Sequence record: DRR378314_301
Length of the DNA: 64,000 nt
Direction: 5' to 3' (one strand)
The notes under the pieces were generated by a model. That model was not told where the DNA came from. It was given only the letters and a program-made list of their open reading frames with translations, and did not search any database. The first letter of the stretch is position 1. The number at the start of each line of letters is the position of its first letter. Below, piece by piece: positions 17,548-26,548 of the stretch. The position numbers were made by a program, and so were the translations under genes.

Positions 17548-18644
17548 CATTTCGAACCGTTGTTCTTGCCGGGTGGCTGGCCGTCGTGTTTGCAGGCTGT
17601 ACGGACGCGCCAGACGATACCGGTTTCGCCGGGCTTGCGCGGCAAGCTGGCGAGGTGGACGAGTCGCAATTCCTGCAACCGGAACCGGGTAATACCCTGG
17701 CGTTTCCCGAGGACTGGGGCCCCCATCCACAGCACCGAATTGAATGGTGGTACCTGACCGCCAACCTGACAACCTCGGACGGTCAGCCCCTCGGAGTGCA
17801 ATGGACACAGTTCCGGCAGACGCTGAAACCGAGGCCGGCCGGCTCGGAACCACCGCAAGCCAGCGGCTGGCCCCTGGAAGCGGCCTGGATGGCTCATGCG
17901 GCCGTGTCGTTCAGAGGTAAACACCGGTTTGAAGAGAAACTGGCCCGGGGCAATGTCGGCCATGCCGGGGCCACTGCACAGCCGTTGCGCGTGTGGCTGG
18001 ACGACTGGCGGCTGGCGTCGGAGCCCGATTCCGGGCAGTGGCGTTTGCAGGTGGCCGGCGGCGACTGGGGTTACGACCTGCGTCTGAGCACGGATGGCGA
18101 ACCGGTGCCCCATGGCAACCAGGGGTTCAGCGCCAAATCCACCAGTGGCGAAGGTTCGATGTATTTCAGCCTGGTGGACCTGCGAATTGAGGGAACGGTG
18201 ACGCTGGGGGGCGACACCCTGGCGGTGTCCGGCCAGGGCTGGTTTGATCGGGAGTGGAGCAGCCAGTTCCTCAAGGCCGGCCAACAGGGCTGGGACTGGT
18301 TTGCCCTGCACCTGGAGGATGACAGCAAGTTGATGGCGTTTCGCTTGCGGGAAGACGGCGGCGTGTTTGTCTCCGGCAGTTGGATAAGCGCCGATGGCAC
18401 GATCACGTCACTGGACAGTGACGATGTTAATCTCAGCGCCCTTCGCTGGCATGAGTCGCCCTTGGGCAGGGTACCCGTTGAGTGGCGTTTGAGGGTGCCG
18501 CAGCGAGACGTGGATATTCGCGTTGCGGCGCCGGCGGGCGACTACTGGAATGCCGGGCTCTACCCATATTGGGAAAGCCCGGTGTCCGTCACCGGCTCCC
18601 ACCAGGGGGTGGGCTATATGGAACTGACCGGTTATGGCAACTGA
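17544..18644 (+). CDS. AttH/CrtC-like lipocalin-domain lipoprotein
   Basis: Lipobox FAGC, FPEDWGPHP..EWWYLTANL, GWFDREWSSQ, YWESPV..GYMELTGY. Confidence 0.88.
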   Translation: MTFRTVVLAGWLAVVFAGCTDAPDDTGFAGLARQAGEVDESQFLQPEPGNTLAFPEDWGPHPQHRIEWWYLTANLTTSDGQPLGVQWTQFRQTLKPRPAGSEPPQASGWPLEAAWMAHAAVSFRGKHRFEEKLARGNVGHAGATAQPLRVWLDDWRLASEPDSGQWRLQVAGGDWGYDLRLSTDGEPVPHGNQGFSAKSTSGEGSMYFSLVDLRIEGTVTLGGDTLAVSGQGWFDREWSSQFLKAGQQGWDWFALHLEDDSKLMAFRLREDGGVFVSGSWISADGTITSLDSDDVNLSALRWHESPLGRVPVEWRLRVPQRDVDIRVAAPAGDYWNAGLYPYWESPVSVTGSHQGVGYMELTGYGN

Positions 18645-18646
18645 TA

Positions 18647-19372
18647 CTAGCGGATGACCGGGGGCTGCAGCCCGTGGATCAGTTCCTGAATGCCCCGGTG
18701 CCATTGTTGGCGGAGCTGGTGGAAATAGTCGTTGTGTTCGTCCACCCGGTCGATGAAACAGGGCTTCAATTCATTATTACGATAGATGGCCACATCCAGG
18801 GGCATGCCCACCGACAGGTTACTTTTCATGGTGGAATCAAACGAAATCAGGGCGCATTGGTACGCCCTGTCCAGGGGCGAATGGTAGTTGACCACCCGGT
18901 CGAGTATCGGTTTGCCGTACTTGGATTCGCCAATCTGGAAATAGGGGGTTTCCTGGGTGGCTTCGATGAAGTTGCCCTCCGGGTAAATATTGAACAGCCG
19001 CGCGTCCTCACCACGGATCTGCCCCCCCAGGATCATCGAGCAGCTGAAGTCCACATGATTGACCTTGCCTTCCGGGTTGTCCCGGCGGATGACTTCGCGA
19101 ATGGTCTTGCCGACCACTTCCGCCGTTTCAAACATTGAGGTGGTGGAGAACACATTGGGCTCTTCGGACCCTGCCCGTTGTTCCAGCAGGCTGATGACGC
19201 TTTGGCTGGTGGCGAGGTTGCCGGCGGACAGGATGACCAGCTCCCGTTCGCCCGGTTGGTCGAACACGTGCATCTTGCGGAAGGTGGAAATCTGGTCAAA
19301 GCCCGCGTTGGTGCGGGAGTCGGATGCGAATACCAGGCCGTCGGCCAGTCGCATCGCCACACAATAAGTCAT
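18647..19372 (-). CDS. Proteasome-type protease Anbu
   Basis: MTYCV (Thr1 after Met removal), SDSRTNAG.D, AGNLATSQ, YPEGNFI, QIGESKYGKPILDR, SNLSVGMPLD. Confidence 0.93.
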   Translation of the reverse strand: MTYCVAMRLADGLVFASDSRTNAGFDQISTFRKMHVFDQPGERELVILSAGNLATSQSVISLLEQRAGSEEPNVFSTTSMFETAEVVGKTIREVIRRDNPEGKVNHVDFSCSMILGGQIRGEDARLFNIYPEGNFIEATQETPYFQIGESKYGKPILDRVVNYHSPLDRAYQCALISFDSTMKSNLSVGMPLDVAIYRNNELKPCFIDRVDEHNDYFHQLRQQWHRGIQELIHGLQPPVIR

Positions 19373-19465
19373 GGGGGCAACCCTCAGGTCATGCTGAATG
19401 TGCCCAGTTTAACCGTTTCTCAGCAGAAAGCATGAAATGGTGTGTGGATTTTGCCGTGCATTTTG

Positions 19466-20251
19466 TTACTGGCTCTCGCCCGCCAGGGTCACCCAGGCGC
19501 GGGTGCGCAGGTGCTCCATGCCGCCGCCGCTGCGAATGCCCCTCACCGGGGCGGCGTCCCGGTAATCCAGCCCGGTGGCCAGCTTGAGATGGCTTTCCGC
19601 GACATTGAGTAGGTTCACCACATCGAAGGTATGCCAGTTATGCCCCAACCAGGCCTCCGCCCAGGCGTGCGTGGCCAGGTGGTCGTCGCTGAATGTGTGG
19701 ATATAGCCGCTGACATAACGGACGGGCACTCCGATGTGTCGGCAACAGGAGATGAACACATGGGTATGGTCCTGGCACACGCCAGCCCGCTGCTGAAAGG
19801 CTTCCGCTGCGGTGTGAGTGACGGAGGTAACACCCGGCGTGAATTCAATGTGTTCCAGGATGCGTTTCATCATCCTGACAAGGCTGCGTTTGTTGGGAGA
19901 GAACTGACTGGCAAAGGCCTTGATGGCTTTGTCCGCCTCGGTCAGTGGTGTGTGACGCAGAAATACCTCCGGTGGGAACGGAGAATCGTCCCTGGTCAGT
20001 GGCTTCCCCGTCAGGTCCACCACACCTTCGGCGGTCAGTGTGATCTCAGTGACCGCTTTGTCCATGGTCATCACCGTGACCTGGTTGCCGAAGCCGTCGA
20101 TCATCTGGCTGGTTTCCCCCGGTGTTGTCAGGTGCCATTCCAGGATTTTCTGCTGCGGGGTGTTCCGGGGGGTCAGGCGCAGGTACTGAATGCCATTGTG
20201 CATCGGCGAGTCGTAGGTATAGGTCGTGTCATGGCGGATGTTCAGTTTCAT
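19466..20251 (-). CDS. Transglutaminase-like protein
   Basis: HDTTYTY..LRLTP, GVCQDHTH, RYVSGY, HAWAEAW, GLDYRDAAPVRG. Confidence 0.93.
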   Translation of the reverse strand: MKLNIRHDTTYTYDSPMHNGIQYLRLTPRNTPQQKILEWHLTTPGETSQMIDGFGNQVTVMTMDKAVTEITLTAEGVVDLTGKPLTRDDSPFPPEVFLRHTPLTEADKAIKAFASQFSPNKRSLVRMMKRILEHIEFTPGVTSVTHTAAEAFQQRAGVCQDHTHVFISCCRHIGVPVRYVSGYIHTFSDDHLATHAWAEAWLGHNWHTFDVVNLLNVAESHLKLATGLDYRDAAPVRGIRSGGGMEHLRTRAWVTLAGESQ

Positions 20252-20253
20252 GC

Positions 20254-21186
20254 TTACCACCCCATGTAGTCTTTCTGGATCTGGCCGGCGATGCGCTGAA
20301 TACGCGCCAGGAAGTCGGTCAGATACTCATGCAGGCCGCGCTCTTCGATGTATTCGCGGTCGCCGAAACGGATGTTGGCGTACAGGCTGGTGGCCAGTCG
20401 CCTGGCCCGGCGGGCCTCTCCACTTTCGATCTGCTCCAGCAGGTCCGCGATTTCCTGCAGACAGGCGTGGAGCGAGCGGGGAACATCCGGTTTGAGAATC
20501 AGCAGTTCGGCCACATTCATCGGTTCGATGTTGTGGCCGTAGGTGTGTTGGTAGGCCTCGAAGGCGGCCAGTGAGTGTAGCAGGGCGGTCCATTCAAAGA
20601 ACGACTGGGTTGGGTGCCCCTCAAGGGACTTGGTGGCCATGTGGTGGCGGATATCCAGCACCCTGGCCGTGGTGTCCGCCCGTTCGATAAAGGTGCCCAG
20701 GCGCAGGAAGTGGAAAGCATCGTTGCGCAGCAGGGTGCCGTAGGCGGCGCCACGAAAGACGTGGGACCGTTCTCGGGTCCAGTCGAATACCCGGCTGGCG
20801 TTGGATTCGGTCACACCCTTGTGGCGCAGCTCTTTCAGTTCCATCCATGCCAGGTTGATGCTTTCCCAGACATCCGCCGACAGGTTGCCGCGCACATGCA
20901 GGGCGTTGTCCCGGGCGCTGCGGATAACACTGAACACGCTCGCGGGATGGCGATCGTCCAGCAGCAGGAAGTCGATCAGGTTCTGGGGCGTAATGTCGCT
21001 GTAAAGCTCGTGAAAGACCTCCTGGGTGCCGGTCACCAGCAGGGGCACGGACAGCTGTTCCTCCCGGTCTTCCGGTACGTCGATCAGCGCCATGGTGAGG
21101 CTGACGTCCAGCAGGCGGGCCTGGGTTTCGGCGCGTTCCAGATAGCGGGCCATCCAGAATAGACTCGATGCGGCGCGGCTCAGCAT
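20254..21186 (-). CDS. Alpha-E domain protein
   Basis: MLSRAASSLFWMARYLERAE, LGTFIERADTTARVLD (ER motifs). Confidence 0.93.
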   Translation of the reverse strand: MLSRAASSLFWMARYLERAETQARLLDVSLTMALIDVPEDREEQLSVPLLVTGTQEVFHELYSDITPQNLIDFLLLDDRHPASVFSVIRSARDNALHVRGNLSADVWESINLAWMELKELRHKGVTESNASRVFDWTRERSHVFRGAAYGTLLRNDAFHFLRLGTFIERADTTARVLDIRHHMATKSLEGHPTQSFFEWTALLHSLAAFEAYQHTYGHNIEPMNVAELLILKPDVPRSLHACLQEIADLLEQIESGEARRARRLATSLYANIRFGDREYIEERGLHEYLTDFLARIQRIAGQIQKDYMGW

Positions 21187-22619
21187 TGGTCGTCCTCCAG
21201 TACCCAGGTGTCTTTGGTCCCACCGCCCTGAGACGAGTTCACCACCAGCGACCCGGCCTTCAGTGCTACCCGCGTCAGGCCACCCGGAACCATTTGCACC
21301 TTCTTGCCGGAAAGTACAAACGGTCGAAGGTCGAGGTGCCTGGGAGCGACGCCTTCCTCCACGAAGGTGGGGCAGGTGGACAGGCTGAGAGTGGGTTGGC
21401 CGATGTAGTTGTCAGGGCGGGCCTTCAGCAGTGAGCGGAAGTGGTTGAGCTCTTTCTTACTGGCCTTGGGGCCAATCAGCATGCCGTAGCCGCCGGCGCC
21501 CTGGGTTTCCTTGACCACCAGGTCCTGGAGGTTGTCCAGCACGTACTGCAAGTCCTTGGGTTTGCGGCACTGCCAGGTGGGTACGTTCTTGAGGATGGGT
21601 TCCTCGCCCAGATAGAAACGGATCATATCCGGAACGTAAGGGTAGATGGATTTGTCGTCAGCCACGCCGGTGCCCATCGCGTTGGCCAGCACCACATGGC
21701 CGTTGCGGTAGGCGGCATAGAGTCCAGGTACGCCCAGCATGGAGTCCGGGTTGCCCGCCAATGGGTCGAGGAAGTCATCGTCGATCCGCCGGTAGATCAC
21801 GTCTACCTGTTGGGGGCCGATGGTGGTTTTCATGAAGACCTTGTTCTGGCTCACAAACAGATCGGCGCCTTCCACCAGCTCTATCCCCATCTGCCGGGCC
21901 AGAAACGCGTGCTCGAAATAGGCGCTGTTGAAGCGGCCCGGAGTGAGCACCACCACCGTGGGGTTGGGCTTCAGGGACGCGGCGCGAAGCGTTTCACCCA
22001 ACAACGCCGGATAGTGTTCCACGGGCGCCACGGGTGCCTGGGCAAACAGCTCCGGAAACAGCCGCATCATCATGCGGCGGTTTTCCAGCATATAGGACAC
22101 GCCACTGGGGCAGCGCAGGTTGTCTTCCAGCACGTAGAAATCGCCATCGTTATGGCGGATAAGGTCAATGCCAGCGATGTGGGAATAGAGGTTTCGGGGC
22201 AGCTTCAGGTTCTGCATGCCGGGTTGGTATTGGGGGTTGGCGAAAACCTGTTCGGCGCTGATGACCCCGGCGCGGATAATGTCGAAGTCGTGGTAGATGT
22301 CGAACAGGAAACGGTTCAGTGCCTGCACGCGTTGGCGTAACCCGGACTGCAGGCGCTGCCAGTCGGCGGCTGAAATCACCCGCGGAATCAGATCAAAGGG
22401 GATCAACCGGTCCGCGCCCTGATCTTCACCATAGACGTTGAAGGTGATACCCAGCCGCTGAAAGAGGACGTCTGCTTCGCGGCGCTTTTCCGCCAGAAGG
22501 TCTTCGTCGGAGTGAATCAGCCAGTCTTCCAGCATTCGGCAACTGGGCCGTACACGGTTATCCTGGTCGAAAAGCTCGTCGTAAATACCCTCGGGCGGGG
22601 TTTGTATCAGCATCACCAT
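21180..22619 (-). CDS. Circularly permuted type-2 ATP-grasp protein
   Basis: GITFNVY, LEDNLRCPSGVSY, NSAYFEH, YRRIDDDFLDP, GVADDK, VVNSSQGGGTKDTWV; start ATG 22619 with RBS AGGAG. Confidence 0.93.
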   Translation of the reverse strand: MVMLIQTPPEGIYDELFDQDNRVRPSCRMLEDWLIHSDEDLLAEKRREADVLFQRLGITFNVYGEDQGADRLIPFDLIPRVISAADWQRLQSGLRQRVQALNRFLFDIYHDFDIIRAGVISAEQVFANPQYQPGMQNLKLPRNLYSHIAGIDLIRHNDGDFYVLEDNLRCPSGVSYMLENRRMMMRLFPELFAQAPVAPVEHYPALLGETLRAASLKPNPTVVVLTPGRFNSAYFEHAFLARQMGIELVEGADLFVSQNKVFMKTTIGPQQVDVIYRRIDDDFLDPLAGNPDSMLGVPGLYAAYRNGHVVLANAMGTGVADDKSIYPYVPDMIRFYLGEEPILKNVPTWQCRKPKDLQYVLDNLQDLVVKETQGAGGYGMLIGPKASKKELNHFRSLLKARPDNYIGQPTLSLSTCPTFVEEGVAPRHLDLRPFVLSGKKVQMVPGGLTRVALKAGSLVVNSSQGGGTKDTWVLEDDQC

Positions 22620-22693
22620 GACCCTCTCCTGAACAACGCCATACACCGGATGCGGATGGTCGGTATTCAGCCGTTCCCATGGTTTAAAGGAAC

Positions 22694-22709
22694 AGCAAAA
22701 GGCAGGCCA
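22694..22709 (-). promoter_or_regulatory. Sigma54 (-24/-12) promoter of the ATP-grasp/Anbu operon
   Basis: Minus strand TGGCCTGCCTTTTGCT = GG-N10-GC. Confidence 0.7.
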
Positions 22710-22793
22710 CTCTGGCGGCAAACAGTAGGTTTATCACCGGAAGGGGCTATTTAAGCAAAGGCCAGGTGGAGAGAAGTGTCAATAAAAAGCGTT

Positions 22794-22819
22794 GCCAGCC
22801 GCCAGAGACGGCGGCTGGC
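22794..22819 (-). terminator. Hairpin, probable amt terminator
   Basis: GCCAGCCGCC-6 nt-GGCGGCTGGC perfect 10-bp stem, followed on the minus strand by AACGCTTTTTATT. Confidence 0.6.
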
Positions 22820-22828
22820 GGGTAAGGG

Positions 22829-24037
22829 TTATTCCAGGGACGTGGCGCCGATACGGTGAATGCTGACATCCGCACCGTTGAATTCCTCTTCATCGGTCAG
22901 ACGCAGGCCAGAGATAGCGCTGACAATACCGTAGACGATCAGGCCGCCAACGAAGGCCACCACAACGCCGGCAACCGCGCCAATGATCTGGGACATCAGG
23001 CTGACACCACCCAGGCCTCCGAAGGCTTCCTGACCAAAGATGCCGGCGGCAATGGCACCCCAGACACCGCACACACCGTGCAGCGGCCACACACCGAGTA
23101 CATCGTCCAGACGTTCGATCTTGTCCTGAGCCCATTCAAACATGTACACGAAGATCGCGCCGGCAATACCACCGGTGATCAGCGCACCGACAGGGTGCAT
23201 CAGGTCCGAACCGGCGCACACCGCCACCAGGCCGGCCAGCGGGCCGTTGTGGATGAAGCCGGGGTCTTTGCGGCCAACCAGCATGGCTACCAGCACACCA
23301 CCGACCATCGCCATCAGGCTGTTGACCGCGACAAGACCGCTGATGCCATCCAGGGTCTGGGCGGACATGACGTTAAAGCCAAACCAGCCCACGGTGAGGA
23401 TCCAGGCACCCAGTGCCAGGAACGGAATGTTGGAGGGGGCAAAGGCCACCACTCGACCATTGCGATAGCGGCCGTTACGGGCGCCCAGCAGGAGTACTGC
23501 GGCCAGTGCGATCCAGCCGCCCACGGCGTGCACCACGACCGAGCCGGCAAAGTCGTGGAAGGCCGCACCAAACTGGTTCTCGAGCCAGGCCTGGAAACCG
23601 TAGTTGCCGTTCCAGATCATGCCTTCGAAAAAAGGGTATACGAACGCCACGATCAGCCCTGAGGCAATAAGCATGGGGTAGAACTTCGCGCGCTCGGCGA
23701 TGCCGCCGGATACGATGGCGGGAATGGCGGCGGCGAATGTCATCAGGAAGAAGAATTTGACCAGATCATAGCCATTGGCGGCGGTCAGCTCAGAGGCGCC
23801 GGCCATGAAGTGACTGCCATAGGCGATGTAATAACCAATGAAAAAATAAGCCACGGCCGAAATGCCGAAATCAGTCATGATCTTGACCAGGGCATTGACC
23901 TGGTTCTTGTGGCGCACCGTGCCCACTTCCAGGAAGGCGAAACCGGCGTGCATGGCCAGTACCATGATGGCACCGATAAGGATAAACAGCGTGTTGGCGC
24001 TTTCAGTCAGGGTGTGTACTGCACTCGTGATATCCAC
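22829..24037 (-). CDS. amt: Ammonium transporter (Amt family)
   Basis: MHAGFAFLEVG, SGGIAER, HDFAGSVVVH, WFGFN, DDVLGVWPLHG (twin His). Confidence 0.95.
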   Translation of the reverse strand: MDITSAVHTLTESANTLFILIGAIMVLAMHAGFAFLEVGTVRHKNQVNALVKIMTDFGISAVAYFFIGYYIAYGSHFMAGASELTAANGYDLVKFFFLMTFAAAIPAIVSGGIAERAKFYPMLIASGLIVAFVYPFFEGMIWNGNYGFQAWLENQFGAAFHDFAGSVVVHAVGGWIALAAVLLLGARNGRYRNGRVVAFAPSNIPFLALGAWILTVGWFGFNVMSAQTLDGISGLVAVNSLMAMVGGVLVAMLVGRKDPGFIHNGPLAGLVAVCAGSDLMHPVGALITGGIAGAIFVYMFEWAQDKIERLDDVLGVWPLHGVCGVWGAIAAGIFGQEAFGGLGGVSLMSQIIGAVAGVVVAFVGGLIVYGIVSAISGLRLTDEEEFNGADVSIHRIGATSLE

Positions 24038-24111
24038 GGGTTGGTTGCTCCTGATTTTATGGTTTTATCCGCCTGTCACGGGCGGGTTGTGCATTGATAG
24101 CGTGCACAATA

Positions 24112-24127
24112 AGCAAGGAGTGTTCCG
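24112..24127 (-). promoter_or_regulatory. Sigma54 promoter of amt
   Basis: Minus strand CGGAACACTCCTTGCT = GG-N10-GC. Confidence 0.7.
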
Positions 24128-24213
24128 TTTTGAGGCAAGTTCAGAAGAGAGAGTGAATTAGAGAGGGAATTGCTCTGGAATTGGGCAGAATCGGGTCTGA
24201 GCAGAGGCATTTG

Positions 24214-24260
24214 TGCCATGCAATGGTGCGAATGAGCCATTCATGCACCAATGTGGACGT
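24214..24260. promoter_or_regulatory. Tandem NtrC-like binding sites
   Basis: TGCCATGCAATGGTGCG (24214-24230) and TGCACCAATGTGGACGT (24244-24260) versus consensus TGCACCA-N3-TGGTGCA; 30 bp apart, ~90-130 bp upstream of the sigma54 site. Confidence 0.65.
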
Positions 24261-25178
24261 CTACCACAGTAGCTCGTCCTGGTCCGATTCGTCGGATTGG
24301 CGGGAACCCGGTGTTGCGGAAACATCAGCGTCGGGGGTCATGAGCTCCCTTAACCGAATTTCCTGTTCATCAATCGGCCCGGACAGGTCGATGATGATTT
24401 CCACCCGACGATTCTTGGCGCGGTTTTCGGACGAAGTGTTGGGTACCCGCGGTTCCGTAAATGCGAGCCCCTTGACGGCCAGCCGGTCTGGCTCCAAATG
24501 GCCTTCGGCGAGAAGCGCATTGGCCACGGCTGCTGCCCGGGCGGCGGAGAGGTCCCAGTTGCTGTAGAACCTCTGTGTACGTATGGGGACATCGTCGGTG
24601 TGGCCTTCGATGGTCAGCTTGCCGGGGATCTCCACCAGTATGTCGGCCATTTCCAGTAGCAGGCCTTCGAACTCCCAGGTCAGCTCAGCCGAACCGGAGG
24701 GAAAGGCGCCTTTCTCCTCCACGCGAATAACGATTCTGTGCTGCTCCAGGGCGACGTTGACGCGGCCGTCCTCGATGGCAGTTTCCAGGACTGACTGAAC
24801 TTGCTCCAGCGTACTCTCCATCTGCTCCTGAATTGCGGTTTCTACGGCAACGTCCGTAGGACTTTTCAGGGTTTCCAGTTCAGGCTTTTCGTCCGTTGTT
24901 GTCTGTTTCACTTCATTGAGCACCGTGGGCTCGGGCGGTGCGGGAGAGAACTTATCGAAAATCGGGCTGGTACCCTGTGGTATTTCCAGGGCGGGCACCT
25001 CGCGTTGCACCCCGAACGCTTTCGAGAGTTCGCCGGCGATCTGTTTGAACTTCTGCGCATCGATTTCCGAGAACGACAGCAACAGCACGAAGAAGCACAT
25101 CAGCAGCGACATCAGGTCCGCAAAGGTCACTACCCAGGCGGGGATGCCGGCTTTTTCCTCTTCCGGTAGTTCGTCCAT
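24261..25178 (-). CDS. pomB: Flagellar stator B subunit (PomB/MotB)
   Basis: WVVTFADLMSLLMCFFVLL, OmpA-like EGHTDD..NWDLSAARA..NRRVEI. Confidence 0.9.
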   Translation of the reverse strand: MDELPEEEKAGIPAWVVTFADLMSLLMCFFVLLLSFSEIDAQKFKQIAGELSKAFGVQREVPALEIPQGTSPIFDKFSPAPPEPTVLNEVKQTTTDEKPELETLKSPTDVAVETAIQEQMESTLEQVQSVLETAIEDGRVNVALEQHRIVIRVEEKGAFPSGSAELTWEFEGLLLEMADILVEIPGKLTIEGHTDDVPIRTQRFYSNWDLSAARAAAVANALLAEGHLEPDRLAVKGLAFTEPRVPNTSSENRAKNRRVEIIIDLSGPIDEQEIRLRELMTPDADVSATPGSRQSDESDQDELLW

Positions 25179-25180
25179 GG

Positions 25181-25957
25181 CTAAACGCCTGCCGTCTCGG
25201 CGTCCGAGCTTTTCTCGCGCTCTTTCGGCGTCAGGTAGCTCGAGAGCATCTGTTCAATGATTCGTGGGTTGGTGCCTTCCTGAATGGCCACCAGCGCATC
25301 GATGTAGAGTGATTGCAGCCGCGCCTCTTCGGTCATCCGCAGGGCAAGCTTGTCGGCGATGGGTGTTGCAATCATGGTGGCAATCATGGCGCCATAGAGC
25401 GTGGTTAGCAGGGCGACGGCCATGGCAGGGCCGATGGACTTCGGGTCCTCCATGTTGGACAGCATCTGCACCAGCCCGATGAGCGTGCCGATCATGCCCA
25501 TGGCAGGGGCGACATCCGCCATGGCGGTAAAGACCTTGGCGCCGGAGCGATTGTGATCCAGCGTCAGCAGGCGCTCTTTGGAGAGGAGGTGTTTGATGGT
25601 TTCGGCATTCTGGCCGTCCACCAGCATCTGTATTCCCTGGCCAAGAAAGGGCGAGCCTACTTCACGGTCTTCCAGCCCAAGAACCCCTTGCTTACGGGCG
25701 ATATTGGCCACTTCAATCAGTTCATCGATGCTGTCGCGGGTGTTCGGTAAGCGAAACTTGAAAGCTCGTGCGGCCACTTTGAAGGCACTGAAAAACTGGT
25801 TCAGGCTGAACTTTGCCAGCACAACCAGCATAGTGCCGCCCACTACGATCAGTATGGACGGGGGGTTGATGAAGACATCCGGTGATACGCCAAGTATGAC
25901 GGCGGAAGCAATAAGCAGGATGGCCCCAACAAGGCCGATCAGGGTGGCAAAATCCAC
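25181..25957 (-). CDS. pomA: Flagellar stator A subunit (PomA/MotA, probably Na+-type)
   Basis: APAMGMIGTLIGLV, GPAMAVALLTTLYG. Confidence 0.9.
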   Translation of the reverse strand: MDFATLIGLVGAILLIASAVILGVSPDVFINPPSILIVVGGTMLVVLAKFSLNQFFSAFKVAARAFKFRLPNTRDSIDELIEVANIARKQGVLGLEDREVGSPFLGQGIQMLVDGQNAETIKHLLSKERLLTLDHNRSGAKVFTAMADVAPAMGMIGTLIGLVQMLSNMEDPKSIGPAMAVALLTTLYGAMIATMIATPIADKLALRMTEEARLQSLYIDALVAIQEGTNPRIIEQMLSSYLTPKEREKSSDAETAGV

Positions 25958-26021
25958 GATAGCTCCAAAGGGTTTTGGGATTCAGGGGGCTGTTGAAGAT
26001 TAACGGTAGTCCACTATTGAA

Positions 26022-26441
26022 TCAATCGCTATCCGTAAGCGTTTGTGTCTCTGTTTTATGATCTTTCCACGCTGCGTAACGAATCAGGTCTGATTCCACC
26101 AGTGTCAGGCAGGCGGCCACCACCCCGGCATCGTCCAGGAAACCGAATCCGAGCAGCAGGTCGGGGATCAGGTCCAGGGGGTTGAGCACGTACACCAGGG
26201 CGCCGGCAATGGCCGCGATGCTTTTCCAGGGCACTTGCCGGTAATTGCCCTGCCAGTAGTCCCTCAGCATGGAAAACATCAAACGGATATCGGTACCGAA
26301 CCGGCTCAGTTTGCCACTGTTCCTGACTTTGTCTTCAATGGCTTGCTGGCGGTCAAGCAAGTTGCCCAGATCTTTGCGGTGAACCTTGTCGGCCTCGCTG
26401 TTTAACTGTTCGTTCGCCTTGCGTTTACTGAAACCTGTCAT
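26022..26441 (-). CDS. YkvA/DUF1232 family protein
   Basis: YVLNPLDLIPD..GFGFLDD. Confidence 0.85.
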   Translation of the reverse strand: MTGFSKRKANEQLNSEADKVHRKDLGNLLDRQQAIEDKVRNSGKLSRFGTDIRLMFSMLRDYWQGNYRQVPWKSIAAIAGALVYVLNPLDLIPDLLLGFGFLDDAGVVAACLTLVESDLIRYAAWKDHKTETQTLTDSD

Positions 26442-26548
26442 CGGGCTATTCCTGTGTGGGATGGCCTTGCCGTTCCATGATCCATGAAGCCTGTGTTAAA
26501 GCCAAGGGTGTTTGCGAAGCGATTTCCGATCGTGGTTATACTGTTGGC

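Noticed and set aside
25990-26025. Sigma28 promoter for pomAB
   Set aside because: An ACCGTTAA -10-like element is present, but there is no correctly spaced TAAA -35.
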